Virus record (IMG/VR): IMGVR_UViG_2541047895_000011
Direction: 5' to 3' (one strand)
DNA length: 32,441 nucleotides
From: a virus
Taxonomy: Duplodnaviria; Heunggongvirae; Uroviricota; Caudoviricetes
The notes under the pieces are model-generated. The model had not been told where the DNA came from. It did not search any database and worked only from the letters and a program-made list of their open reading frames with translations. Below, one piece after another: positions 1 to 8,831 of this stretch (its first letter is position 1; every line of letters starts with the position of its first letter). Both the position numbers and the translations under genes were made by a program.

Positions 1-1011
1 TTATAACGTCACTCCGCCTTTTAGTGGATTCAGAGCGACGGCATTTTGCAGGTAGTCAGGCGCAAGGTGCGCATAGGCCATCGTCTGCTGAATGCTCGCA
101 TGTCCCAGAATCTGTTGCAGTGCGATTATATTGCCCCCGTTCATCATGAAATGGCTTGCGAATGTATGCCGCAGGATGTGGGTTGCCTGATTGGGTGGTA
201 TATCAGGTTTCACTCTGCGTAAAATCCCGCAAAATTTCTCATAATCAACTTTGAATAATTTGGCGCTTGCCTCCTCTTTAACTTTTTTCTCCAGTTCCTC
301 AGAAATCGGCACGGTTCGCTTTTTACCGTTTTTGGTTTTCAGGAAGGTAACCCTGCAATTTGTAATCTGTGCTGGTTTTAGCGTGGCAACTTCCGTCCAT
401 CTTCCTCCAGTGCTCAGACATAAAAGCGCGACAAGTAAGTCATCACCAGCCAAAACATTTAACAGTTTTTCGATTTCTGCTTTTTCCAGGAACGTCATTT
501 CAGGGTTGGCCTCCGCCAGTGGCGGCAGTCCGTGAATTGGGTGTTGCCCGGAAAATTCATCCAATTGAATTAATTTTGTGAACATGCCGGATAATCGGTA
601 CATGTCACGGTTTATCGTTGCGGCACTGATACCATCACGTAGTCGTATGGAACGATAATCCATCAAAGCCCTTTTGCTCATCCGGCTCACTGGTATATCA
701 CCTATGCCGCTGATGGTTTTGAGTAGATGATTAAACTCTTTTGTTCCATGCTCGTGGTTTTGCCCGTGATATTTCCACCAGATGTCCAGCAACTCACTCA
801 AAGTTCGGCGGTCTGCTCGCTGGCCTCCCCATTCTTTCTGACTGGCATTGGCGATTGTGTATCGCTCAAATGCTAGTGCTTCAGCTTTTCTTTCGAATTT
901 CCTGCGGATGCGTTTTCCGTCGCGACCGCGAGGTCTAATGTCCACTTCATAGCGACCATCATCGAGCTTCTTAATTGCCATAAGAAAGCCCTCCGGCGCT
1001 GTATTCACCAT
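1..1011 (-). CDS. int: Phage integrase (tyrosine recombinase), P2 Int-like
   Basis: 336-aa ORF; C-terminal region has the tyrosine-recombinase pattern (HILRHTF ... LGHASIQQTMAYAHL with the terminal Tyr); lies immediately downstream of the C repressor on the same strand, as in the P2 C-int operon. Confidence 0.9.
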   Translation of the reverse strand: MVNTAPEGFLMAIKKLDDGRYEVDIRPRGRDGKRIRRKFERKAEALAFERYTIANASQKEWGGQRADRRTLSELLDIWWKYHGQNHEHGTKEFNHLLKTISGIGDIPVSRMSKRALMDYRSIRLRDGISAATINRDMYRLSGMFTKLIQLDEFSGQHPIHGLPPLAEANPEMTFLEKAEIEKLLNVLAGDDLLVALLCLSTGGRWTEVATLKPAQITNCRVTFLKTKNGKKRTVPISEELEKKVKEEASAKLFKVDYEKFCGILRRVKPDIPPNQATHILRHTFASHFMMNGGNIIALQQILGHASIQQTMAYAHLAPDYLQNAVALNPLKGGVTL

Positions 1012-1050
1012 CTTGGTAGCAAATGGTGAAAATGTAATCTTTATATAGAG

Positions 1051-1344
1051 TTAGCCAATCCTTTTCGCGGAGTGGTTGGACTCTGTTGACTCTGGCCCAA
1101 TGTGCGCGAGAGCCGGTGCGATTTGTCCTGCGTCCGGCGCGGTTTTATCTGTCATAAGCCATAGAGCATATTTTTGGAATGTGGGATGCATAGTGATTTT
1201 TAGCAAAGCTGTGCCACCGGGTTCAAAGTTTCCTCCTTCATATTTTTTAAGTGTGCTTAGCGGTAACTCTATGATTTCACAGAATTTTGATTGGCTTAGC
1301 CCTTCAGCCTCACGCAAGGCCTTAATCTTTTCGCTTAATTTCAT
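1051..1344 (-). CDS. C: Immunity repressor, P2 C-like; C-terminus conserved (GQIAPALAH), N-terminal HTH region divergent
   Basis: 97-aa ORF divergent from cox across a 121-bp switch region; the C-terminal motif matches my recollection of P2 C, the N-terminal part does not, suggesting a different immunity specificity. Confidence 0.75.
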   Translation of the reverse strand: MKLSEKIKALREAEGLSQSKFCEIIELPLSTLKKYEGGNFEPGGTALLKITMHPTFQKYALWLMTDKTAPDAGQIAPALAHIGPESTESNHSAKRIG

Positions 1345-1400
1345 TTGACATGGTGCCTATATAGGGACTAAATTCCCTCAAAACTGGAACCTATATAGGT
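1345..1400. promoter_or_regulatory. C/cox switch region: candidate Pe promoter (-35 TTGACA at 1345..1350) and two copies of the palindromic 10-mer CCTATATAGG (1356..1365 and 1390..1399), candidate C operators
   Basis: Read directly: TTGACA at 1345..1350 with a possible -10 (TAAATT) about 18 bp downstream; two identical 10-bp palindromes 34 bp apart centre to centre, the first inside the promoter spacer. P2-type repressors are known to bind repeats overlapping Pe. Confidence 0.5.
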
Positions 1401-1465
1401 TCCATTGATTTGAGAATAAACCAGCGTCTAAACGGTTTTGAGTGGTTTAGAAAGGGCTGGATCCT

Positions 1466-1753
1466 ATGAGGGTACCATATATGGACGCTGAAAATTATGT
1501 GATTCAGTATCCGCTTGATGCGGTTCATGTGGATAAATTTGCTGATTTATTAGGGAAGCCAAAGACAGCCGTCAGTGAAATGGTGAAGGCAAATAAATTA
1601 CCAATTATTGAATTGCGTGATCCTTGCAAACCGAAGGCTCGTGCCGGTGAAAAATGGGTTTTCATTCCTGAGTTTAATCGCGCTGTACGTGAGGCGTTTT
1701 ATAACCGACCGGTTGAACAGCGTGATGCATGGCTTTTGTGGATGGGGTTGTGA
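1466..1753 (+). CDS. cox: Cox-like excisionase / transcriptional regulator
   Basis: 95-aa ORF, first gene of the rightward early operon; shares the P2 Cox pattern as I recall it (KLP.I...DP....RAGE.WV..P.WN ... RD.WL.W.GL). Confidence 0.75.
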   Translation: MRVPYMDAENYVIQYPLDAVHVDKFADLLGKPKTAVSEMVKANKLPIIELRDPCKPKARAGEKWVFIPEFNRAVREAFYNRPVEQRDAWLLWMGL

Positions 1754-1755
1754 TT

Positions 1756-1926
1756 ATGAATGAGCCGCGTTGTATTGCTCAGTTACTGCGTAACGAAAGC
1801 CCCAGGGCGATTGACTTCACCATCACCCACGGGAAGGGGCGCAAGGGAATCATTATCCGCACCAAAAAGCAGAGTCCGTTAAAGAAGGCTCTGACCTTTC
1901 TGAAAAGCCGGAGGGTATGGAAATGA
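1756..1926 (+). CDS. Small hypothetical early protein (position of P2 orf78)
   Basis: ATG at 1756 three nt after the cox stop; about 56 aa; function unknown. Confidence 0.4.
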   Translation: MNEPRCIAQLLRNESPRAIDFTITHGKGRKGIIIRTKKQSPLKKALTFLKSRRVWK

Positions 1927-2423
1927 CAGTGATGACGCTTAATCTCGTTGAAAAACAGCCAGCAGCTATGCGCCGGATAATTGGTAAGCATCTTGCCGTC
2001 CCTCGCTGGCAGGATACATGTGATTATTATAATCAGATGATGGAGCGCGAACGGTTAACGGTTTGCTTTCATGCGCAGTTAAAACAGCGTCACGCAACGA
2101 TGCGTTTTGAAGAAATGAACGACGTCGAACGTGAACGGCTGGTTTGTGCAATTGATGAACTGCGTGGGGCATTCTCAAAACGCCGTCAGGTTGGCGCAAG
2201 TGAGTATGCATATATTAGTTTTTTAACAGTCAGTCAGCGTCGTACTTTATTTATGCATGCAGGATTGACTGAAAAAGAATTCAACCAGCCATACTGGCGA
2301 ATTAATGAAGAATCATGTTACTGGCGTGATGCTTTATTCCGTGCATTACGTGAATTATTCAGCCTGTTTGAGTACGCACCGACAATTCTGACGTCGGTAA
2401 AACCAGAGCAATATCTGCATTAA
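1923..2423 (+). CDS. B: Replication gene B-like protein (assigned by position and size, 166 aa)
   Basis: ORF track gives 1917..2423; ATG at 1923 has better spacing from the GGAGG at about 1910..1914 and gives 166 aa, the size of P2 B. Assignment is by synteny and length only. Confidence 0.5.
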   Translation: MTVMTLNLVEKQPAAMRRIIGKHLAVPRWQDTCDYYNQMMERERLTVCFHAQLKQRHATMRFEEMNDVERERLVCAIDELRGAFSKRRQVGASEYAYISFLTVSQRRTLFMHAGLTEKEFNQPYWRINEESCYWRDALFRALRELFSLFEYAPTILTSVKPEQYLH

Positions 2424-2486
2424 ATAATTAACCAGAGTTTTTAACGCACTTAATCGTGCGGGGCTTCTTTTTGCCTGGAGAAAGTC

Positions 2487-2711
2487 ATGCATACAGTTTC
2501 TGAAAATCAGTGCGGTAAATACGCATTACTGCTGCAACAGGCCAGAACCGAAGCACAGGCCGACGCTGCGACGCGCTTTTCTTCTCATCTTGACGCCATG
2601 ATTCGCCACATCACAAAGGCGGAGTTATCCCGCGTGGAGATAGTCGAGCTGCTCAGTCAGGAGTCGGAAAAATTTCACAACATCGGATTGTCTCGCGGGG
2701 AGGTGCTTTGA
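2487..2711 (+). CDS. Hypothetical early protein (position of P2 orf80)
   Basis: 74-aa ORF in the early operon; its stop overlaps the next start. Confidence 0.5.
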   Translation: MHTVSENQCGKYALLLQQARTEAQADAATRFSSHLDAMIRHITKAELSRVEIVELLSQESEKFHNIGLSRGEVL

Positions 2712-3013
2712 TGTCCTGTTCTCATTCAGTTGTATTACTGAACAATGCCTTAAAAATCGCCGTTATGAAAAATGGCGATTTGTCTCTTATTCAACTTGGT
2801 CTTGATAAAGAAAAACGCGAAATAACTGAATCTGTTATCGCGATTTATCAGAGTGAATTAAACCTCCTGTCTGATGTGGTCAATTTACTTGTTAAACGCG
2901 CTGTATTTCACAAGCAAATTTCCTCCGTGGATGAACTGACGAAATTAACGACAGAAATCGCCAGCTATTGCGCTGATGAATTTAAAAAACTGAACGACAA
3001 AAGGAACTGGTAA
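2708..3013 (+). CDS. Hypothetical early protein (position of P2 orf81)
   Basis: 101-aa ORF, translationally coupled to its neighbours (ATGA and TAATG overlaps). Confidence 0.5.
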   Translation: MMSCSHSVVLLNNALKIAVMKNGDLSLIQLGLDKEKREITESVIAIYQSELNLLSDVVNLLVKRAVFHKQISSVDELTKLTTEIASYCADEFKKLNDKRNW

Positions 3014-3237
3014 TGCCGGACAACGTAGATTTTATTCAGGAACAACAGGCTGAATTACTGGAGCGCCAGATTAACGCGGCAAGGGTAAAACATTGTGGTG
3101 CTTCTGCGCTGGTTTGCGAAGAGTGTGACGCGCCAATACCTGCTGCCCGTCGTGCGGCTTATCCGTCAGCCACGCGTTGTGTTTCCTGTCAGTCAGTCTT
3201 TGAAGCAAAAAACAAACATTACCGGAGAACGGCATGA
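3013..3237 (+). CDS. TraR/DksA-family C4 zinc-finger protein (position of P2 orf82)
   Basis: 74 aa with two CxxC pairs (CEECDAP ... CVSCQ) in the spacing typical of the DksA/TraR zinc finger. Confidence 0.65.
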   Translation: MPDNVDFIQEQQAELLERQINAARVKHCGASALVCEECDAPIPAARRAAYPSATRCVSCQSVFEAKNKHYRRTA

Positions 3238-3509
3238 GTATTCGTATTGAAATTGGCGAACGTTATGTCGTTACCAGTGACAGCTTTCAGTTTATTCTCC
3301 ACGAGAAAAAGAGAGCTGAAAGCGGTAAAAATGCCGGTCAGGAATGGCTGGCGGTAGTTGGTTATTACCCGAAATTAAGCCAGCTCGTTTCCGGCCTGAT
3401 GCATCACGATATTCTGACCGGAAGCGCAAAATCTTTTGCTGATTTAAACGCGCAGGTTGAGCAACTCAGCAAGCGTTGTTCAGAGGCTTTTGGCTCACAT
3501 GGCCGTTAA
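3234..3509 (+). CDS. Hypothetical early protein (position of P2 orf83)
   Basis: 91-aa ORF; its stop overlaps the start of A. Confidence 0.5.
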   Translation: MSIRIEIGERYVVTSDSFQFILHEKKRAESGKNAGQEWLAVVGYYPKLSQLVSGLMHHDILTGSAKSFADLNAQVEQLSKRCSEAFGSHGR

Positions 3510-5808
3510 AGCCTCCGGGCATTTTGTCCCTCCGTCAGCATTTGCCGCAGGCACCGGTAAGACGTTTACCGGTGCTTATGCATGGAACGCGCCACGCGAG
3601 GCCGTCGGGCGCGAAAGACCCCTTACACGTGACGAGATGCGTCAGGTGCAAGGTGTTTTATCCACGATTAACCGCCTGCCTTACTTTTTGCGCTCGCTGT
3701 TTACTTCACGCTATGACTACATCCGGCGCAATAAAAGCCCGGTGCACGGGTTTTATTTCCTCACATCCACTTTTCAGCGTCGTTTATGGCCGCGCATTGA
3801 GCGTGTGAATCAGCGCCATGAAATGAACACCGACGCGTCGTTGCTGTTTCTGGCAGAGCGTGACCACTATGCGCGCCTGCCTGGAATGAATGACAAGGAG
3901 CTGAAAAAGTTTGCCGCCCGTATCTCATCGCAGCTTTTCATGATGTATGAGGAACTCTGCGATGCCTGGGTGGATGCGCATGGCGAAAAAGAATCGCTGT
4001 TTACGGATGAGGCGCAGGCTCACCTGTATGGTCATGTTGCTGGCGCTGCACGTGCTTTCAATATTTCCCCTCTCTACTGGAAAAAATACCGTAAAGGACA
4101 GATGACCACGAGGCAGGCATATTCTGCCATTGCCCGTCTGTTTAACGATGAGTGGTGGACTCATCAGCTTAAAGGCCAGCGTATGCGCTGGCATGAGGCG
4201 TTATTGATAGCTGTCGGGGAGGTCAATAAAGACCGTTCTCCTTATGCCAGTAAACATGCCATTCGTGATGTGCGTGCGCGCCGTCAGGCAAATCTGGAGT
4301 TTCTTAAATCGTGTGACCTTGAAAACAGGGAAACCGGCGAACGCATCGACCTTATCAGTAAGGTGATGGGCAGTATTTCTAATCCTGAAATTCGCCGGAT
4401 GGAGCTGATGAACACCATTGCCGGTATTGAGCGTTACGCCGCCGCAGAGGGTGATGTGGGGATGTTTATCACGCTGACCGCGCCGTCAAAGTATCACCCG
4501 ACACGTCAGGTCGGAAAAGGCGAAAGTAAAACCGTCCAGCTTAATCACGGCTGGAATGATGAGGCATTTAATCCGAAGGATGCGCAGCGTTATCTCTGCC
4601 GTATCTGGAGCCTGATGCGCACGGCATTCAAGGATAATGATTTACAGGTCTACGGTTTGCGAGTCGTCGAGCCACACCACGACGGAACGCCGCACTGGCA
4701 TATGATGCTTTTTTGTAATCCACGCCAGCGTAACCAGATTATCGAAATCATGCGTCGCTATGCGCTCAAAGATGATGGTGACGAAAGAGGAGCCGCGCGA
4801 AACCGTTTTCAGGCAAAACACCTTAACCGGGGCGGTGCTGCGGGATATATCGCGAAATACATCTCAAAAAACATCGACGGCTATGCACTGGATGGTCAGC
4901 TCGATAACGATACCGGCAGGCCGCTGAAAGACACTGCCGCGGCTGTTACCGCATGGGCGTCAACGTGGCGCATTCCGCAATTTAAAACGGTTGGCCTGCC
5001 GACAATGGGGGCTTACCGTGAACTACGCAAATTGCCTCGCGGCGTCAGCATTGCTGATGAGTTTGACGAGCGCGTCGAGGCTGCACGCGCCGCCGCAGAC
5101 AGTGGTGATTTTGCGTTGTATATCAGCGCGCAGGGTGGGGCAAATGTCCCGCGCGATTGTCAGACTGTCAGGGTCGCCCGTAGCCCGTCGGATGACGTTA
5201 ACGAGTACGAGGAAGAAGTCGAGAGAGTGGTCGGCATTTACGCGCCGCATCTCGGCGCGCGTCATATTCATATCACCAGAACGACGGACTGGCGCATTGT
5301 GCCGAAAGTTCCGGTCGTTGAGCCTTTGACTTTAAAAAGCGGCATCGCCGCGCCTCGGAGTCCTGTCAATAACTGTGGAAAGCTCACCGGTGGTGATACT
5401 TCGTCACCGGCTCCCACGCCTTCTGAACACGCCGCAGCAGTGCTTAATCTGGTAGATGACGGTGTTATTGAATGGAATGACCCGGTGGTCGTGAGGGCGC
5501 TCAGAGGCGCATTAAAATACGGCCTGAGAAGACCAAACCGTCAGCAAAGAAACGGAATACCGTTAAAACCGCATGAAATAGCACCATCGGCCAGGCTGAC
5601 CCGGTCAGAACGAATGCAAATTACCCGTATCCGTGTTGACCTTGCTCAGAACGGTATCAGGCCTCAGCGATGGGAGCTTGAGGCGCTGGCGCGTGGGGCG
5701 ACCGTAAATTATGACGGGAAACAATTTACGTATCCGGTTGCTGATGAGTGGCCGGGATTTTTACAAACAGAAATTGTTTTTGGGATTAATAAGTTATCTC
5801 TAAGCTAA
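3499..5808 (+). CDS. A: Rolling-circle replication initiator endonuclease, P2 gpA-like
   Basis: Large ORF (track 3457..5808); ATG at 3499 (MAVKASG...) overlaps the upstream stop and matches the P2 A N-terminus as I recall it; contains the tyrosine-rich motif GYIAKYISKN typical of rolling-circle initiators. Confidence 0.9.
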   Translation: MAVKASGHFVPPSAFAAGTGKTFTGAYAWNAPREAVGRERPLTRDEMRQVQGVLSTINRLPYFLRSLFTSRYDYIRRNKSPVHGFYFLTSTFQRRLWPRIERVNQRHEMNTDASLLFLAERDHYARLPGMNDKELKKFAARISSQLFMMYEELCDAWVDAHGEKESLFTDEAQAHLYGHVAGAARAFNISPLYWKKYRKGQMTTRQAYSAIARLFNDEWWTHQLKGQRMRWHEALLIAVGEVNKDRSPYASKHAIRDVRARRQANLEFLKSCDLENRETGERIDLISKVMGSISNPEIRRMELMNTIAGIERYAAAEGDVGMFITLTAPSKYHPTRQVGKGESKTVQLNHGWNDEAFNPKDAQRYLCRIWSLMRTAFKDNDLQVYGLRVVEPHHDGTPHWHMMLFCNPRQRNQIIEIMRRYALKDDGDERGAARNRFQAKHLNRGGAAGYIAKYISKNIDGYALDGQLDNDTGRPLKDTAAAVTAWASTWRIPQFKTVGLPTMGAYRELRKLPRGVSIADEFDERVEAARAAADSGDFALYISAQGGANVPRDCQTVRVARSPSDDVNEYEEEVERVVGIYAPHLGARHIHITRTTDWRIVPKVPVVEPLTLKSGIAAPRSPVNNCGKLTGGDTSSPAPTPSEHAAAVLNLVDDGVIEWNDPVVVRALRGALKYGLRRPNRQQRNGIPLKPHEIAPSARLTRSERMQITRIRVDLAQNGIRPQRWELEALARGATVNYDGKQFTYPVADEWPGFLQTEIVFGINKLSLS

Positions 5809-5930
5809 GACGCTCAAAGCAAGAGATTATTTTACTGTACGTAGCCATCTGGAATTGTGGCTGTGTTAAAACGCTCGAGATTTTTTGGATATCCAGTTAT
5901 ACTCCGCTTAGAAATCATTCGGAGACTAAG

Positions 5931-6977
5931 ATGGCGGTAAAAGTTGTTGATCTTTTTTGCGGTGCTGGCGGTTTAACGCACGGCTTACATTTGGCCGGAT
6001 TGGACGTTGTCGCAGGCATTGATTTAGAAGGTGAGTGTCGTGTTGCATACGAAAGCAATAATGATGCACTTTTTATTGAAAAAGATATATCTCTGGTGAC
6101 AAAAGATGAAATCGAAAATCTTTTTGAAGGGGCAAGTGTTAAAGTATTGGCCGGATGTGCACCTTGTCAGCCATTTTCTAAATATACTCAGGGAAAAGAT
6201 AAAAAAAATGATAAAAAGTGGCCGTTATTATATGAGTTTGAACGTTTAATAAAAGACACGAAACCAGAAATAGTTACAATGGAAAACGTTCCTGATGTGA
6301 CAAAACATTCTGTCTATGATGATTTTTATAATACCTTAATAGCATTGGGTTATTATGTTTGGGCAAATAAGATTGAATGTGTAGATTTTGAGGTTCCGCA
6401 AAACAGAGTGAGGCATGTATTACTCGCATCTAAATTTGCGCCGATTTCTCTGATGAAACCACAAACATCGGTAAAGCTGACAGTTAGGGATTGCATTGGT
6501 AATTTACCTTCGATTGAAGCGGGACAAGCAGATCCAAAAGACCCTCTCCATAAGGCGAGTAGATTGAGTGAAATTAATCTCAAACGTATTCTACATTCAA
6601 AACCGGGGGGGACATGGAGGGATTGGCCTGCTGAATTAATCGCTTCATGTCATGCCAAGAAAAGTGGGCAGGGATATGCCAGTGTTTATGGTCGTATGTC
6701 TTGGGATAAACCGAGTCCAACGATAACTACACTTTGTTATGGTTTTGGTAATGGACGTTTTGGTCATCCCGAGCAGCATCGTGCAATCTCACTTAGGGAA
6801 GCAGCATTACTTCAAACGTTTCCTGTTACATATTCATTTACCCAACCGGGCGAGCCGATCAAAATGAAAAATGTCGGGCGTATGATAGGTAATGCTGTTC
6901 CTGTAAACTTAGGTAAAGCGATTGGTCTTTCAATAGTACATCATTTGAAAGAGTTTCACCCCGCCGCTCTTAAATAA
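5931..6977 (+). CDS. DNA (cytosine-5)-methyltransferase, Dcm family
   Basis: 348 aa with motif I (DLFCGAGG), catalytic PCQ motif IV (GCAPCQPFS), ENV motif VI (MENVPDV), QNRVR motif VIII and a C-terminal GNAVPV motif; GGAG Shine-Dalgarno 6 nt upstream of the ATG; AT-rich compared with the phage backbone. Confidence 0.9.
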   Translation: MAVKVVDLFCGAGGLTHGLHLAGLDVVAGIDLEGECRVAYESNNDALFIEKDISLVTKDEIENLFEGASVKVLAGCAPCQPFSKYTQGKDKKNDKKWPLLYEFERLIKDTKPEIVTMENVPDVTKHSVYDDFYNTLIALGYYVWANKIECVDFEVPQNRVRHVLLASKFAPISLMKPQTSVKLTVRDCIGNLPSIEAGQADPKDPLHKASRLSEINLKRILHSKPGGTWRDWPAELIASCHAKKSGQGYASVYGRMSWDKPSPTITTLCYGFGNGRFGHPEQHRAISLREAALLQTFPVTYSFTQPGEPIKMKNVGRMIGNAVPVNLGKAIGLSIVHHLKEFHPAALK

Positions 6978-7675
6978 GCCTGAGTATCAAGATAAGTTTG
7001 TATATTTTCAAGGATGCAGTTGAGATAATGAAAAACTTCATCCTTCATTTCTGTTAGTGTATCAATAGATGTATCTCTGCCTTTGTTTCTAAATGATTCA
7101 GAACCATGAGCAAGGTCGTTTCTGGCCTTTTTTATTGGAAGTAAATTGCAACCATTTCGCGTTATTTCTGAATCTGTATCTGCTGAGAAGCCATATTTTT
7201 CAGCGACTTCTCTAATTTTTCTAGCATCAACATTTCCAGAAAATAACGGATTTTTATTTGATTGGATAAGTTTTTTGTGAGCGTTTAGCCACTCTTTAAA
7301 TATAACTTTTGCAATGTTCCCTTGTGAGAAATCTATTTTCCCATTTGGTGATTGTAAACTATGAAATGCTACTCTTGTAAGGTTTTCATTTACAGTGTCT
7401 GCACATAATGATTCATTAGACATTAAAACATTATGAATGTCTTCTATTGCATTGGAAATGGTTGCTTCAATGAGATTGTACAATATAATAAATGCATTAG
7501 CCTTTAAAATATGAGTCATGTCAATATCAATGGGTTGTTGTATAGGCGCATCGCTTGTATTCTCTTTATAGACTAGAGATGGTTTTTTGTTTATTAGTAA
7601 CTGAATGAATGAGAAGTATTCATTAATATCTTGCATTCTTTCTTGGAAAAGAATTTTACTTGTCATCTCCTCCAT
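6956..7675 (-). CDS. HEPN-like protein (candidate Rx4H motif, RNDLAHG), putative RNase effector
   Basis: 239-aa ORF, second gene of the leftward operon, 10 nt downstream of the DUF262 gene; near the C-terminus, KKARNDLAHGSESF fits the HEPN Rx4-6H signature; AT-rich. Domain call is by eye and not profile-verified. Confidence 0.55.
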   Translation of the reverse strand: MEEMTSKILFQERMQDINEYFSFIQLLINKKPSLVYKENTSDAPIQQPIDIDMTHILKANAFIILYNLIEATISNAIEDIHNVLMSNESLCADTVNENLTRVAFHSLQSPNGKIDFSQGNIAKVIFKEWLNAHKKLIQSNKNPLFSGNVDARKIREVAEKYGFSADTDSEITRNGCNLLPIKKARNDLAHGSESFRNKGRDTSIDTLTEMKDEVFHYLNCILENIQTYLDTQAYLRAAG

Positions 7676-7685
7676 TTACTTGGCC

Positions 7686-8831
7686 TCACTCCATATTTTC
7701 ATCTTCATTTTCATCTTCGTCGACAATATTTTCTGGAATGTCTTTCCCAAGCAACTTGTTTTTTACATATTCAATGCGTGCTTTAACTTTGGGTTTAGAG
7801 TTGCTGGCATCTGAACGTGTGTGCGTGATAAACTCTTTCGAGTTGATCCAGTCATCAATATTTTTAGGAACTAAATTGGGTTCTTCCTCTAGTGCTAATG
7901 TTGCACCGACGGCAAGAGCTTCGAAACGAATCCTAGGAACAGTGGTGGCGTTTTTCACCTTTCTGAAACCATTTGGGAAATGTGTATTAATGAATTGGCA
8001 CATTTTATGAAATTTTTCCGCCAGCATAGCTGCGTTTTCATCTGTATATTCGGCATTTTTACGTTTTAAATAGGTTGTAAGAAATTCATCAACGCTTTTT
8101 CTGAAATCAAGATATTCTTCAGTGTAGGCAAAGTAGCGTAGTGCCAATTCTGGATATTCAGAGCGACGTTTTCTTGCATCTCCCAAAGGACAGATGCTAT
8201 GAAATAGAGGATCTTCGGAAATTTCATTGATAAATGCAAGGAATGGCCCATCATGGCTACCTTGCCGTTGTTCCATTGTTGTTAGTTTTTTTCCGCCAGT
8301 ATTCAGACGGTCAAAAATTTCCCTTCTTGTCTCTTCGTCACAATGTTCTGTAAGTTCAATCATTCGAATAGTTTTTCTATCAAAACGTAGGCGACGGGGA
8401 GTACTGAAATCAGAATATTTAAAACCATTGGCTGTGACTAATTTCTGCAGGCCTTCAAGAGTTAGTTTGTTATTGGTAAATTGGTGTAGGGTTCTTATTC
8501 GTTGGCTACCGTCAACAATTTCAAGTCTACCTTCATTTTCACCTGAACCAATATCGGCAACGAATATGTAAGGTATAGGAAGATTTAAAAGCAGAGATTC
8601 AATGAAACGGGATTTTTGCTTGTTGTTCCAGATAAACTCCCTTTGGTAGTCAGGTATAAAAAGCTCTGCCTCATCTTCTTCAAGACCATTCTGAAATTTG
8701 TCCACAATAACACTTATCGGGAACTCACGTATTTCATGGTCAGTGATTTTTTGCATTTCAACTATGCTTTGATCTAAAAGCTCCTTTTCTTCTTTAGTTT
8801 TTGGGGTATGTTCTGCTTTTTTTCTCGCCAT
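7686..8831 (-). CDS. DUF262 / ParB-like (GmrSD N-terminal-type) protein with acidic C-terminal tail
   Basis: 381 aa; N-terminal region has the DUF262 hallmarks (IPDYQREFIW followed by EIVDGSQRIRTL, a DGQQR-type motif); no recognisable DUF1524/HNH module; C-terminus is DEDENEDENME; first gene of the leftward operon starting near cos. Confidence 0.75.
   Translation of the reverse strand: MARKKAEHTPKTKEEKELLDQSIVEMQKITDHEIREFPISVIVDKFQNGLEEDEAELFIPDYQREFIWNNKQKSRFIESLLLNLPIPYIFVADIGSGENEGRLEIVDGSQRIRTLHQFTNNKLTLEGLQKLVTANGFKYSDFSTPRRLRFDRKTIRMIELTEHCDEETRREIFDRLNTGGKKLTTMEQRQGSHDGPFLAFINEISEDPLFHSICPLGDARKRRSEYPELALRYFAYTEEYLDFRKSVDEFLTTYLKRKNAEYTDENAAMLAEKFHKMCQFINTHFPNGFRKVKNATTVPRIRFEALAVGATLALEEEPNLVPKNIDDWINSKEFITHTRSDASNSKPKVKARIEYVKNKLLGKDIPENIVDEDENEDENME

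Noticed and set aside
1076-1348. 90-aa plus-strand ORF
   Set aside because: Fully antisense to the C repressor gene, with no start context.
3457-3498. Upstream start for gene A given by the ORF track (3457)
   Set aside because: The ATG at 3499 overlaps the upstream stop in the usual coupled arrangement and gives a P2-like N-terminus; the 3457 start would lie inside the upstream gene.
7605-8571. Plus-strand ORFs of 69, 116 and 114 aa inside the cargo region
   Set aside because: Antisense to the HEPN and DUF262 genes; low-complexity translations typical of AT-rich antisense frames.
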